A stretch of 63,968 nucleotides of DNA, filler included, from Blastocystis sp. subtype 4 (Eukaryota), in assembly GCF_000743755.1 (NCBI RefSeq). It is 3 parts of 3 records of this genome, joined end to end, with 100 filler letters (N's around TTAATTAATTAA, not from the genome) between each part and the next. Parts side by side here need not be neighbours in the genome. Positions count along the whole stretch, not along the records: positions 46,096 to 63,968 come from NW_014569324.1; 2 more parts are not named here. One strand, written 5' to 3'. The notes under the pieces were generated by a model. It made no database searches and was not told the origin of the DNA. It saw only the letters and a program-made list of their open reading frames with translations. Positions 52,801 to 63,968 of the stretch are shown in pieces. Position numbers and translations under genes: made by a program. How positions within the stretch are numbered: position 1 is the first letter of the stretch; each line of letters opens with the position of its first letter.

Positions 52801-53793
52801 CAGAGCCACAGGATGTTTAGGATTCACGGAATATAACTGCTTCACTGTCTGAAGTGAGGCCACAATGCGTTCTTGGGAAGTGAGATCCGGAGCGGTACGA
52901 AGGAGTGAAGCTTTCATGGCAAGGGCTTCCTCACAAGTAGGGTCCAGCTGCAAGGCTCGATCAAGTGCTTTGAAGGCCTTCTTGTAGTTTCCCATCTGAT
53001 AGAAGCAATAAGCAACTCCTACACGAATAGAAGCAGGAGAATCAGGATGAGCTAAACATGAGAGAAGAAGAGGACATCGACAGATCAGTGCCATTTGATA
53101 GGCGTTGATAGCATTTTTGAAGTTACGTGTTTGAATGTAATAGAGAGCAGCAGCAATACTGGAAAGCAAGCATGTTCGATCTCGATCCAAAGCATGTCGC
53201 ATGAACGTCAATGCATTCTTCAGATCATCCTATAGGTGATTCAATGTTAGTTCAAGATACAGAACGAAGACAATAGATACACTTCAAAGCAAGAGCAGTT
53301 GCAGATGCGTTTCGGTCTTGACCTTCCCAATTAATGAGAGGATTCGAATCCAAGTCCTACAAATGATCATAGGAAAAATCCTCTACATATTTCTTGTACT
53401 CTTCAGAAGTTAGTGTATTTGATTTTAACTACCCAATAAATCAACTTCAACATCCAAACTTTATAGGCAATCCGGTAATTCATAAGAACCAGCTTGTTCT
53501 CGTATTCATTTCGGAATTTATCATAATTCTCATCTTTCAGGATAGTATCAATAATTTTCAAAAACTGATCATACTTCTTGAGACTGTAATACCCAATCTA
53601 TAGAATGACCCTTTCAAACAACATATACAGCAATCTGAATCCAGTACTTTGGAGGGACATACTCATCAAAGAGAAGAGAGATCAGACTTGTAGGATCGTC
53701 CTCCAGTTCATCGACAAACAATTGGATGTATTCATCCGATGCACTCAGAGGAATCTTAATCGAATTTGTGATATTCTCCGTCTCCAACTCCAT
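49891..53793 (-). CDS. CTR9: Paf1 complex TPR subunit CTR9
   Basis: N-terminal SIKIPLSASDEYIQLFVDEL, TPRs, NVYLANGCG...FKKVRE...VNVAHMY and an acidic tail. The stop is predicted from T49891 plus poly(A). Confidence 0.88.
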
Positions 53794-53901
53794 AGTTATG
53801 ATGATAGGGACATTTGAATCCGATGTCAGAAATCGGGGATATTATGGGTATCATTTGTTTTCCTTCTAATTCTTCGGATAGAGTCTATTAACGCAACTTG
53901 A

Positions 53902-55850
53902 ATGAAGATTGCTGCTCTTCTAAGTGGAGGGAAGGATTCCTGCTATAATATGTTGGAATGTGTCAAGCGTGGACATGAGATTGTGTGTTTGGTAAATCTC
54001 TTGCCTGGTTTCTATTTGTATTGACTGGTTAATTATATAGAAAATCAAAGTGTCAATGAATTGGATTCATTTATGTATCAGACCATTGGTCATACGGCTA
54101 TTGATGTTTTCCTAGTTGATTAATGTAATATTAAGGCAATTGCTGAAGCAATGGAGATACCTCTATTACGTTTCAAGATTTGTGGAACCTGTCTCGAATC
54201 GGAGATGGAATATAAGCCTCGCTCTGGAGATGAAGTGGAAGACTTATTTTTCGCCTTGAAGAAAGTGAAAGTGCGTGTAAGGACCATCGTTCATTTGTAG
54301 GAGCAGTTCCCCGAAGTTGAAGGTGTATCAAGTGGAGCGATCCTATCAAACTACCAGCGAGAACGTGTAGAAAATGTGTAAAGGAAGGTTCATGCTTAAA
54401 CCTCAGATGTTCTCGTCTGAATCTGATATCTGTTGCGTATCTTTGGGAAAGAGAGCAACGATCACTCCTTCGTAATATGATTGAAGATGGGATGGTCGCT
54501 GTTATCATCAAAACAGCAGCTATGGGTCTAGATCGACGTCATGTGGGGAAAACCCTCCAAGAATTAGAATCCTATCTTCTTCATATTAGTGATATTTATG
54601 GTTGTAATCCATGTGGTGAAGGAGGAGAATATGAGACATTCACAATCGATTGTCCTTTATTCAAGCGTCGTATTGTTTTGTATGCATAAAAATGGGAATG
54701 AACGATAGTGATGATTCTGAGATCGTTGTTCACTCCAATGATGTGGATGCTCCTGTGATTCTTCTTGTTCCTCACAAATGGCATTTAGAGGAGAAGCAGG
54801 TATCTTCAATTCAATTCTTACCTTCTCCAATAGCTCAGTATCCTCCAGGAGATCGTCCTTCTGATTCATTTCAATCACCACAGTATCCACTCAGTCACGA
54901 TGTATCAGAGGATATCAGTATCTTAGTTCGTTCGATTCCTAATGATACTACACATTTGACTGTGATAACATCCAGTACTGCTGTTCTCCATCAACTCCTA
55001 AATACACTCTCTTCTCGATCCACGCTCACTCCGATTCTCTCCTTGTCAGCCAGTTCCACTTTTCATTGTTTTCCTCAGTCCCTTCCTTCCACTCATGTGA
55101 TGACTTGGATGTCTCGTTCTGTATGGTGCCCTCCTCCTCTTGATACATATTCTCTTATTGCTGTGACCTCTCGATATGTATCAATCCCTTTGATTCTTCC
55201 ACTTCAGCCGGATTCTCTTTTGTTTACTGCTACGTCAACAGAAGAATCTCTGTCTCTTGTACAAGTTCGTGGATTCTATAACCCTTAGTGTGAAGATTAT
55301 GAGCAGAAGATGTTAAAGAAGGCTCATAGTGACTCTCATCCTGTTATTGCAACGGTATTCCATAATCGTTTCTTTTTTTGTCATTTTTTACAATTAGGAA
55401 AATGGGGTAAGAATGATGCCTCATTCCAATACCCACATCCTATACTCATTGAAGGAACGGTAGATGATATTCTGGGAGAGTGTCGAGTACAGTTGGGAAT
55501 AGATGCCTATTATCGTGATTCGTATGTGGATGACTGTAAGGAAGAGATTCAAGTGGATCATTCGTTATGGTCATTTACTTACGGTGATCATGTGAAGATT
55601 TGTGTGAAGTGGTTTTGTGACGACGACATCGTTTCCATTCAGAAGCAGGCATCAAATGAAGTCGTTACAGTGTTTTATGATGTAGAAAACACAAATCTCC
55701 ATCTAGATTGTAGTTTTTATGGTCCATTTCTAATGTACAGGCATTGGTGATATGATCCCTGTAATTCCAGTTCATGAACTTTGTGTGCAGATTGCCAATG
55801 AAGAAAGGAAATACTGCAGGGCCATTGTGAAATCTGTTACTGTCTTTTAA
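53902..55850 (+). CDS. DPH6: diphthine-ammonia ligase with divergent C-terminal extension
   Basis: MKIAALLSGGKDSCYNM, ELDSFMYQTIGH, SSGAILSNYQRERVENV and CGEGGEYETFTIDCPLF. The 3' exons are less certain. Confidence 0.88.
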
Positions 55851-55936
55851 CGTTTTTTGTTTCTAATCAAATTAATCCTTTGAAATGAGGAGTTTCATGT
55901 TGTTCCAATTGTTCTCAGTATTTATTGTTTGCTTCG

Positions 55937-56752
55937 ATGAACTCTCCTAGAGTAATTTCAACTGCACCAAGAGAACGAATTACCATTTTCCGTAAGGAAA
56001 TCCCTGTTTTCGTGTAATTTGTAGTACAAAAGGAGAACGAGTCAATTGTAGCATTTAGAGTCCGTAATAATGGGAGTAAAACTGTATGAAATGGTTGGAG
56101 TTATTATTCCCAGGTTGTTTGCTGCATCAATTCTAACCAAAAAGAGCTTTATGCTGTGAAGCCTACTCGCTTTATTCTCCAAAGTAATGGTTCAAAGCTC
56201 GTTAGTGGTATGGATGGTGGCCGTTATTGATGATGCAGTTCGTTGTGATACCAAGACCGTGAATAATCTTCTGGAAACAGATCTTCCTACTAGGTATTGT
56301 TTTTGAAAAGAACTTAGGCTTAGAAACAAGCTTCAAGTAGTTGCATATACCGTGAACGGAGATGTTTTGGATACAATTATGCAGTCGAAGGGAGAAAGTG
56401 AGAAGCAAAAGATCGCTTCAAGTGTCCGTTGTTTCAGTTGAGATTCATATGTAGTGGGATTTGATCAAAACGTGCCCCTGTGAAAAGGTAACTCTAGATG
56501 TTCGTTTTACCAATATCCTTTGGATTCCATATTGTTGGTTCCTTCATAACAGCGAATCCTGCTGATGTGTCTTATTCCGTCTGCGTATCTCCTGCTGGAG
56601 AGAAAGAGGATTGTTGTAACAGTGTACTTGTTTTTCCTCAATGTGAACTGTAGTGTGTATCTCACGTTTCGTTCACACACAGAACGATGGTAGCAGCGAT
56701 TGTAGCTATGGGTGTTGCAGTCATGATCGGCTATCTCTATCATCATCTGTGA
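55937..56752 (+). CDS. MSP-domain tail-anchored protein (VAP-like), multi-exon
   Basis: Spliced FRVRNNGSKTVVCCINSNQKELYAVKPTRFIL and C-terminal TM IVAMGVAVMIGYLYHHL*; TGTTTGTT at 56767-56774. Confidence 0.65.
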
Positions 56753-56788
56753 TGTGCTTTCTCTTTTGTTTGTTGAATGAAACATGAC

Positions 56789-58498
56789 AGTTTCGTTTTG
56801 GATGAGAATTTCGCAGTGCTATCCGGATCCGATGCACAATAGCGATCAATATAAAACACAACAATCCCAAACTACAACTCATCAATTCTATTCAAATCTT
56901 ACCAGGCACCTAACCATCCCATTTCATCCAGACTCACCACATTTCCTGTAACTCCACTCCACTGAATCCACTGTTGCAATGATTCATTCTTCAATTCTGT
57001 CACAGCTCCTTCCCACACTTGCCGATCCACTGTGACACCCTCTAGATTCAAGAGCTGTCTCACACAGTCATGAACTGTCGATTCGGTCCAGAAACCTTCA
57101 GGAAATTGGATAGCTGCCTTCTCTGCTACCAACCTCTTCACAAGCAATCGGTTTCGCCGTGATGGGACACAGAGCAGAGGGATTTGAGCATAAAGAGAAG
57201 CCTGGACAAGGAGATTGTCACAGAAAGAGATGGCGGCTGTAACTGCGTGTGAGTTGATGAGATATAGAGGAGACACATCTCTCGCTGACAACACTAGCAC
57301 GTTCCGATCTCGTACATCTCCACTGTTCGGCATGTCACCCAATACAATCACTTGTGTAAGACGATCCTGGAGACCTCGAAGAATCGTTCGAATTTGCCAT
57401 AGATCAAAACTCCCATGATCACCAAGATATAACAGAACTCGAGTAGTGATTTGAGGAGCTTGGAGAAACTCCATCAGATTGACAGTGGCAACAGGTTCTG
57501 AATACCCCGTTAAATGAAGTGGTCCGAGAGAATGCCAATTAGAAGGTGTGTTTGAACTGAGATTTAAGGAGAATGAACAGAACATACATGGTTTCGGAAG
57601 GGAAGAGATAGTCGATTCCATTAAAGACAATTACAGGAACCGAATAAAGTGGAAAGACAGGTTGATTGGGTAGGTTCATGGAATGAATGAAATTAGCTAT
57701 CTATTGATGACAGAGCCAAATAGAATAAACGAAAGTAGTATGGTGCTCAACGGCCATTTCGACAAGTAAATGACGTCGCATGTCCGAAAAGGAAAAAGTG
57801 GCAGGATAAAAGTCACTTAACGGATCCACAGAATATAGAACAAGAGGGACAGAATTGGATAAGGAAGCAACTTGAGCACCTGTGAGATAGAAATCACAAA
57901 CAATGGCGGATGGATGATTGCTATTCATTATCCCAAAAGAATAGATATACGTATGAATAAATGAATGAATCCATGAATAGAGAGTATTCATCGACAACCG
58001 ACCAATCTACATCAGCATCTAAATCGACTCCTATTACCTCAAAGACACTCTTGTCATAGAAATCCATTAGTGAAGAAGCATGATACGAAGATGCTATCAG
58101 ACTGTTCAACTTCTGTTCAGGAATTGGAAATTGGCCAAAATTAAACACCTAAAATCCAAATAATAATCCATAGATACCTTGTATTTGTAATGATCACCTT
58201 GTTCAGCATATGATACAGTAGTGAATATTCCAATAGTAATATCGTATTTTTGTCGAAGCGAATCCGCCAAAAGAAGCATGGCATCTAGTCTATAACGTAA
58301 ATGCAGAATTGACGCACTATAATGAAATTGCATTGGCATACTCAGCAAAAGTAGAGATGGAATAGTACTATTATCATGTTTAAGAGTACTTTCTAGGTGA
58401 CTTCGGATTGTTGATTCATCGCCGTCAATAATCAATGAATCACTTTTCAGGAAAAAAGCAATCAATAAGAAAACAAAACAAAAGATTCGTCGATGCAT
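56789..58498 (-). CDS. divergent UDP-glycosyltransferase (GT1)-like type I membrane protein
   Basis: Signal peptide, AIVCDFYLTGA, degenerate PSPG-like region (AVTAAISFCD...ASLYAQIPLLCVP), C-terminal TM and basic tail. Confidence 0.55.
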
Positions 58499-58543
58499 AA
58501 TCAAGCGAATACTGATATTAAATAAGGATCCAGTATTTAATGC

Positions 58544-60439
58544 GATGTGGAATTCGTTGGTAAGTTATGGGATTCAGTTGATGGAACTGTTATTGGTTAT
58601 TCTGCAAACTGGCTCATTGTCATTTGTTACATCTACAGATGTCATTATGTCACAGAGACTAAAGTAAGAGATAGATTCCAGAAAAGATCCCTATTATTTG
58701 AGTTTTGTTCGGATCAATATTCTCACGAAATGAACTGTCTTAGTGGAAAAACTATTGATGGATGGGTATTGGAGTTGGAAATCAAACGAAGCAATATCCT
58801 AAGTGTCTATAAAGGCAAGAGTTTCATCCTTCTGTTAATTGTGTAGTCCATCGTGAAGATAACAATGAAGAAAAGTATCTGATGGCCATTAGGCATAGTT
58901 CTTCTTGTATTATCCCAGAGAGTGAAGAGATTTGTGATGAATATCTTCTTCCTGTGAATCTTTCCTGCTGCCCTGAGTTTACATACTACAATAGTCATTG
59001 TTAGTTCTTCCTTTTTGAATGAATCCTAGGTTTTCCTATTGTGCCGCCCTGGGGAATGCAAGGACTCTATTGTGGTCGCAGCTACTTTATCTTTGAACGA
59101 GTATCTCGTAGTTTGAGTTCGATTGTATCGGATGCGACGATGCTTGTGTCTGAGCAGGATATGTACAACATTGCTTATCAACTTCTTGAAATTTTTCATA
59201 TTTTGTTTTCAAATGGACTGATTTTGAAGAATGTACACGTGAATGACTTCTTCTTGCGAAGAACGACGAAAGGATTCCGTGTAATTCTTCTCAACCAGGA
59301 CTTCTATCGAAAGTATCATTGAAAAACTCTTATCACACACAGAGAGAGTTTCTTCATTGAGGATGCTACGTTCACCTCAACATCTGTAATGAATGGAAAT
59401 GGTATAAAAAGTGTATTGTTTTCACATATAGAACCCACTCAAAGCGATAACCTAATCTCGTTGTGTTTCATTCTTATCTATCTCTGTGAAGGTTCCTTAC
59501 CCTGGATAGGTCTATCAGATGCAGTAGGAAAATCAATGAAAGAGGATTCAGAGACTGTGATCCACCTGACAAGTCATTTTGCTGACATTCTTCCTAAGTT
59601 GCTAAATCCTTCTCAATCAGCTCTTCAGACTGTAAATGAATGTTTATTTATATTGCAACGTATGATTGAAACAAGAACTATTCTCTTGGGAGTACAATAT
59701 GATTGAATAGGATAATATTTAGAAAGTTCTCAGTGAAACTGCTAAGACAAGTTTGATTAGAATTCAATTATGACTATTAGAGACAATTCCACCTCAGCAA
59801 ACTATGGAGCATATTCCGTCAACACCAAAGACAGTGAAGAATGTTGCGAAAGACGAACCTGCTGAGAGTGGACCGCGAGTTGTCACAGTAGCTGGGCAGA
59901 AGTATGAAGTGCGTGTTATAAATAAGAAACGATTGATGATTCCAATTGGAAGTCCTCCTACCCTTCATCGACGGCGTGCAGAGTATGATAGACTAGCTTC
60001 TTCCGAAGAAGTGGTCTTATCTGAACAAGTAGTTCCTTCTGCTAGAAAAGTGTCCTCTGAAGGAGTGAATCCCTCTATTGGAAAAGTATCCTCAGCAGAA
60101 GTGGCTCTCAATCAAACTCCATATTCCAGTACACAACCATTGATTGAAGTCAAGCCATCAGATCGAATGGTTTCTGATTCTGTGACACCTCCTGATCCTT
60201 CATCTGTTACTCTTCCATCAACGATTCAACCAATTCAGTCGTCCCAAACTCCTCTTCAGACACCGCATAAAATACAATCACTTCCCTCAAGACCAATTCG
60301 ACTTCAACCAAAAAGGGAGGTCAAGACAAAGAGTCAAGACATCATGAAACGATCTGTGGAGAAACGTCATCGAAGTGAAAGAGGAGAACCAAGATTGAAA
60401 CGAGTGAAAGTTCATAAGATTACCTCAACATCGATGTGA
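58544..60439 (+). CDS. CK1/VRK-like probable pseudokinase with low-complexity C-terminus
   Basis: YFIFERV, IAYQLLEIFHILFSNGLILKNVHVNDFFL (no HRD), SDNLISLCFILIYLCEGSLPW. Start and exon chain are uncertain. Confidence 0.5.
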
Positions 60440-60586
60440 ATATTAGAATGCTTAATAATGATTAGACAATCTAAGAGCTTCTCTTTCTTGGCTTCATCTA
60501 CATTCATTAATCTTCTTCTGTTTGCAGGTGTGGGATTAATTGATTCAATTCTTTCTCTTGTTTCTTTTAAACAACATACACACATA

Positions 60587-62552
60587 TTAAAGACCTGGAG
60601 GTGCTTCATCTTCATCAACACCTGGAGGTGCCTCATCACCTGGAGGAACATCTTCTGTATGGTTGGAAGGAGCAGTCTGGACTGGAGGTTGGGAGAAAGA
60701 TGGATATGGCATCACAGGATAACCAGAAGCATCCGATTTAGATTCCGCAGATTCTGAAGACTGTTGCATGTGATAGAAGGAAGGATTACTCATTTGCATT
60801 TGCATTTGCATGTACTGTTGCATTTGATCCAAATCAGCAGCACCATTGAACATTGCCTGCATTCCACTCCATGGATTATTCATAGGTTGACTCTGTTCCT
60901 TGTACTCTTGACCCACACCTGCTGTAGTTCCAATCATCCTCTGAATCTCCTCTTTGGCAGCCTTCATCTGCTCCTCAGTTCCAGCAATATTGATCAATCT
61001 ATCAATCACTTCATCTTTTCACTCTTACCGCACTGGAGGATTCGATCCCTCCACAGGCTTCCCAGGAATCTGGATGAAAGCTTTGGTACGAAGTTGGATG
61101 TCTTTAATGATCACACCGCCCTTACCAATCACCAGACCCACCTTGTCGTCAGGAACTGTCATCTGAATGGTTGGCATTCCCATGGGGAGAGTTCCCATTT
61201 GACCATCCACGATATCTTGAATCAGTTTCTTGGCTTCTAGAACGTTCTTCGGATCGCCTGTGATTACAATAGACCGCACTGTGGGATTATCATGATCGGG
61301 ATCCCGCGGGACTTGAATCTGAGTACAGGTTCGAGACATCAAGTCCTTGATAACAGCTCCATGACGACCAATCACCAGACCCACACGGTCATTAGGAACA
61401 GGCATCTTCTCAAAGCCATCTCGACTACTTTGGAGACTCGATATAATATCCGATCGACCTGTCTGGACAATGGTATTGATAGCCTCCTTCGCCTTTTCTA
61501 CAAGCTCCTGTCGGCCCCGAATTGTCACATCTCGCATCACACTGCCATCGGTTACTTCGTTATCTCGCTGGATCTACAATTGATATTCCTTCTTCTCGCC
61601 TACACGCAACTGAACAGAGAACATTTCCTGAAGATGGTGGAGATTATCTCCTTTGCGACCAATAATTAGTCCTACCACAGAGAAGGGGACTTGGATCGTT
61701 TCTGTCACTGATTCAGCTATATCGTTTTGATCATAAATTGTGCCAATTGCGGCAACAACCGGATTTGCAGTAGGTGCATCTGTACTACGCTAACTGTTAT
61801 TATCACATTAAATTCATACAGAAAACTGTTGAACAAGACGACGAGCAAGATCAGGTTGTGTGAACACTTCATTTATACGACTTTCAGCATCTTTCATAGT
61901 ATCTTCATTACCAGCTGAGATTAAGACGTGCTGAGGTTCGTCCATTTCTGTTACAATTACAGGGCTACCTCCAATAGTGATTGTGGTGTGCGTGTCTGTC
62001 TCGACTCCTACCTTCCAAGGACTTGCGAATATGGCTGCATAATTAATATCAGGATTGTGAGTAGGGAAATAAACCTTCTTTGTTAATACAGTATTACTGA
62101 ATCGAGATACACGAGTCTTAGGAGCAGCAGGCACTAATTGTTACAGAGAAGAAAGAACATACAGCTCTTAGACAACTGTTTCGCTGCTTCCATAGCAGCA
62201 ATAGCAGCAGCATTCACATCAGGCAGATTACTACTCGATGGAACAGGTGATGACTCTATCTTTGTCTTCTGAGTATCTTGTTCCTTTCGATGCTCTGATC
62301 TGTGATGATGACTTCTTTCTCCTGATCGTTCCCGTTCCCTATCTTGATCACTTCTGCGACTCCTATCACGGTCTGAATTTCGATTTCTTGATCGTTCACG
62401 ATCTCGATCATCTCGTCCTCTTTCACGTGAATCTCTTTCATCGTGGCGCGACGAGTGATATCTGTCTACATAATCATGATTTCACCAAATTTAAATCTAA
62501 TTCATGATCCTCTTTTCAAAAGAACTAGTACACGTGAGTGCCTCCCATCCAT
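60587..62552 (-). CDS. multi-KH-domain RNA-binding protein (FUBP/KHSRP-like) with RS/RD-rich N-terminus
   Basis: Three GxxG KH motifs (VGLIIGRKG, VGLVIGRHG, VGLVIGKGG) plus one degenerate KH. The start codon is uncertain. Confidence 0.8.
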
Positions 62553-62700
62553 CCTGTTCTATCGCCTTTAACTCGAAATGCTTTCTACAAATTACGAATC
62601 AGCTTAGTCTCAAACCTTCTCGATCAAGAGATCTGATGAATGAATTAATCCATGGAATTTCCGGAATTCCAATTTACAAGATAAAGAAACGAATCTCAAC

Positions 62701-62837
62701 AGGGAATTGGGAGTCGCAACGACATGGTTCCCACCGATCTCAGCCCAAAGTGTTCTTGTGATTCAGAATGACTTCGTCAATTGATAGAAAAGGAGGCTGG
62801 CAAGGATCAGTGAAGGAGATTTAACCCTTAATTCCCT
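62701..62837 (+). ncRNA. candidate structured RNA (rod-like imperfect hairpin)
   Basis: Nested complementary segments (detailed in findings); no family recognised. Confidence 0.3.
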
Positions 62838-62891
62838 CGAAAAATTTCAACAAACAGACAGAAAAGTACAACCACATCATTTCCTGCCTAC

Positions 62892-63652
62892 TTAAATAAA
62901 ACGTGAGATCCAGTTGAAGGCTAGACATCATTATATAACTTCATCCCTACCATCCGTGTATCCAATCTTCTTCGAAACACTGCACATGAACAATTCAACG
63001 GGTCTGACACCAGAAGGATTGTCAAAGTTCTAAAAGTCACTCTGGAACCTCATACTCACATCCTTACCGAAGGTATCAACCAAATTCAGTTGAATACGAA
63101 GTTCCTGCTCCGATGCAGCTCCAGGAAGATCAATTTTGTTTCCCAGGACGGCAAAAGGCACATTGGCCAATTCCTCTTGGGCAAGTAGTTCCTATAAGTC
63201 AAAATATCTCGGAATCACATACACTGAGTTCCTTCTTGGCCTCAGGGAAACGCTCTTTATCTTCAGCATCAACGAGGAAAATGACACCATCAACCTTTGC
63301 GAAGTATTGCTTCCACAGTTTTCTAGCTATTGTGTCAAACTCGGACTTTATCCTTACCTGCTTCATGTCCACCAAGATCGAAGGTTCTAAACTTGATTTT
63401 CCCAATCTCTAGCTCCTCAGAATCTATGCACCTTAATTAGTCGATACTTGTCATACTGGGGTGAAGAGTTGGTTCGTGTACAGTCAGTCTTCCCTGCTTC
63501 AAGACATCAAGAAGGGTGGTCTTTCCAGCATTATCGAGACCCAGGAACAACAGCTTTCCGCTCTTCTGATACAAACCTATTCAAATCACCTTCGTTCTTT
63601 GACATATACCGAGATAATACAGAACATCGTAAAACCAGTTAACAAGGAACAT
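62892..63652 (-). CDS. SAR1: SAR1 small GTPase
   Basis: [50 protein letters not shown] and AFNWISRFI*. Confidence 0.95.
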
Positions 63653-63802
63653 TGGAATTGTGATGGAATGGAGAAATCAGTGTCAATAAGAAAAATGCAA
63701 ATGTGACAAAAGAAATGGAGAATCTTTTTATTCCAGTTTTGATAACTATTATCTCAAAGAGCAATATCTCAGTAGATCGAGAGTTGTAGTGATCTTGAAA
63801 CT

Positions 63803-63968
63803 ATGTGGACTGGCATCTTTTATCTTATAGTTATTATCATCTTAATCCTTATCGTAGAAATGTGATAGAAATATGATCAATGTAGTATTGGTTCATATGC
63901 AAGTGTTGTATCGTGGTTGAACAAGGAACAGCTGTTGTTATTGAGCGATTTGGTAGATTCCTTAAGAA
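63803..63968 (+). CDS. 5' part of an SPFH/band-7 (stomatin-like) protein (partial)
   Basis: After a 32-nt intron: MWTGIFYLIVIIILILIYWFICKCCIVVEQGTAVVIERFGRFLK. Confidence 0.7.

Noticed and set aside
62725..62750. GCTGAGA on the minus strand suggesting a TPP riboswitch
   Set aside because: The downstream conserved TPP elements (TGAACCTGA...TAAT...GCG.AGG) are absent.

Overview
This is eukaryotic nuclear DNA, almost certainly from the anaerobic gut stramenopile Blastocystis. The evidence is very dense genes, many ~30-nt GT-AG introns, and the GU-rich TGTTTGTT-type element after many genes. I reconstructed about 45 protein-coding genes or gene fragments by hand-splicing. They include SIN3, YKT6, NDUFAF7, STMP1, TRAPPC5, SMC3, galactokinase, ZNHIT2, YOS1, a CCA-adding enzyme, two tandem amino-acid permeases, DDX1, a GH20 hexosaminidase, HAT1, TBP, a quinone oxidoreductase, VAMP7, CTR9, DPH6, a FUBP-like KH protein and SAR1. 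There is also one 5S rRNA gene, three members of an intron-poor surface-protein family, and two artificial assembly gaps. Main observations: (1) at least seven genes lack a genomic stop at their predicted end and appear to gain UAA/UGA by polyadenylation exactly 4 nt upstream of the GU element; (2) three 42-44 nt minor-spliceosome (U12) introns, two AT-AC and one AT-AG; (3) a candidate ATA-initiated, intron-dependent mitochondrial presequence on the CCA enzyme; (4) a tail-anchored galactokinase; (5) a BTK-type zinc finger and a beta-rich insert inside CTR9; (6) an unexplained ~137-nt rod-like hairpin between SAR1 and the KH gene. All gene boundaries come from manual splicing without transcript data, and family calls come from motif recognition, not database searches.
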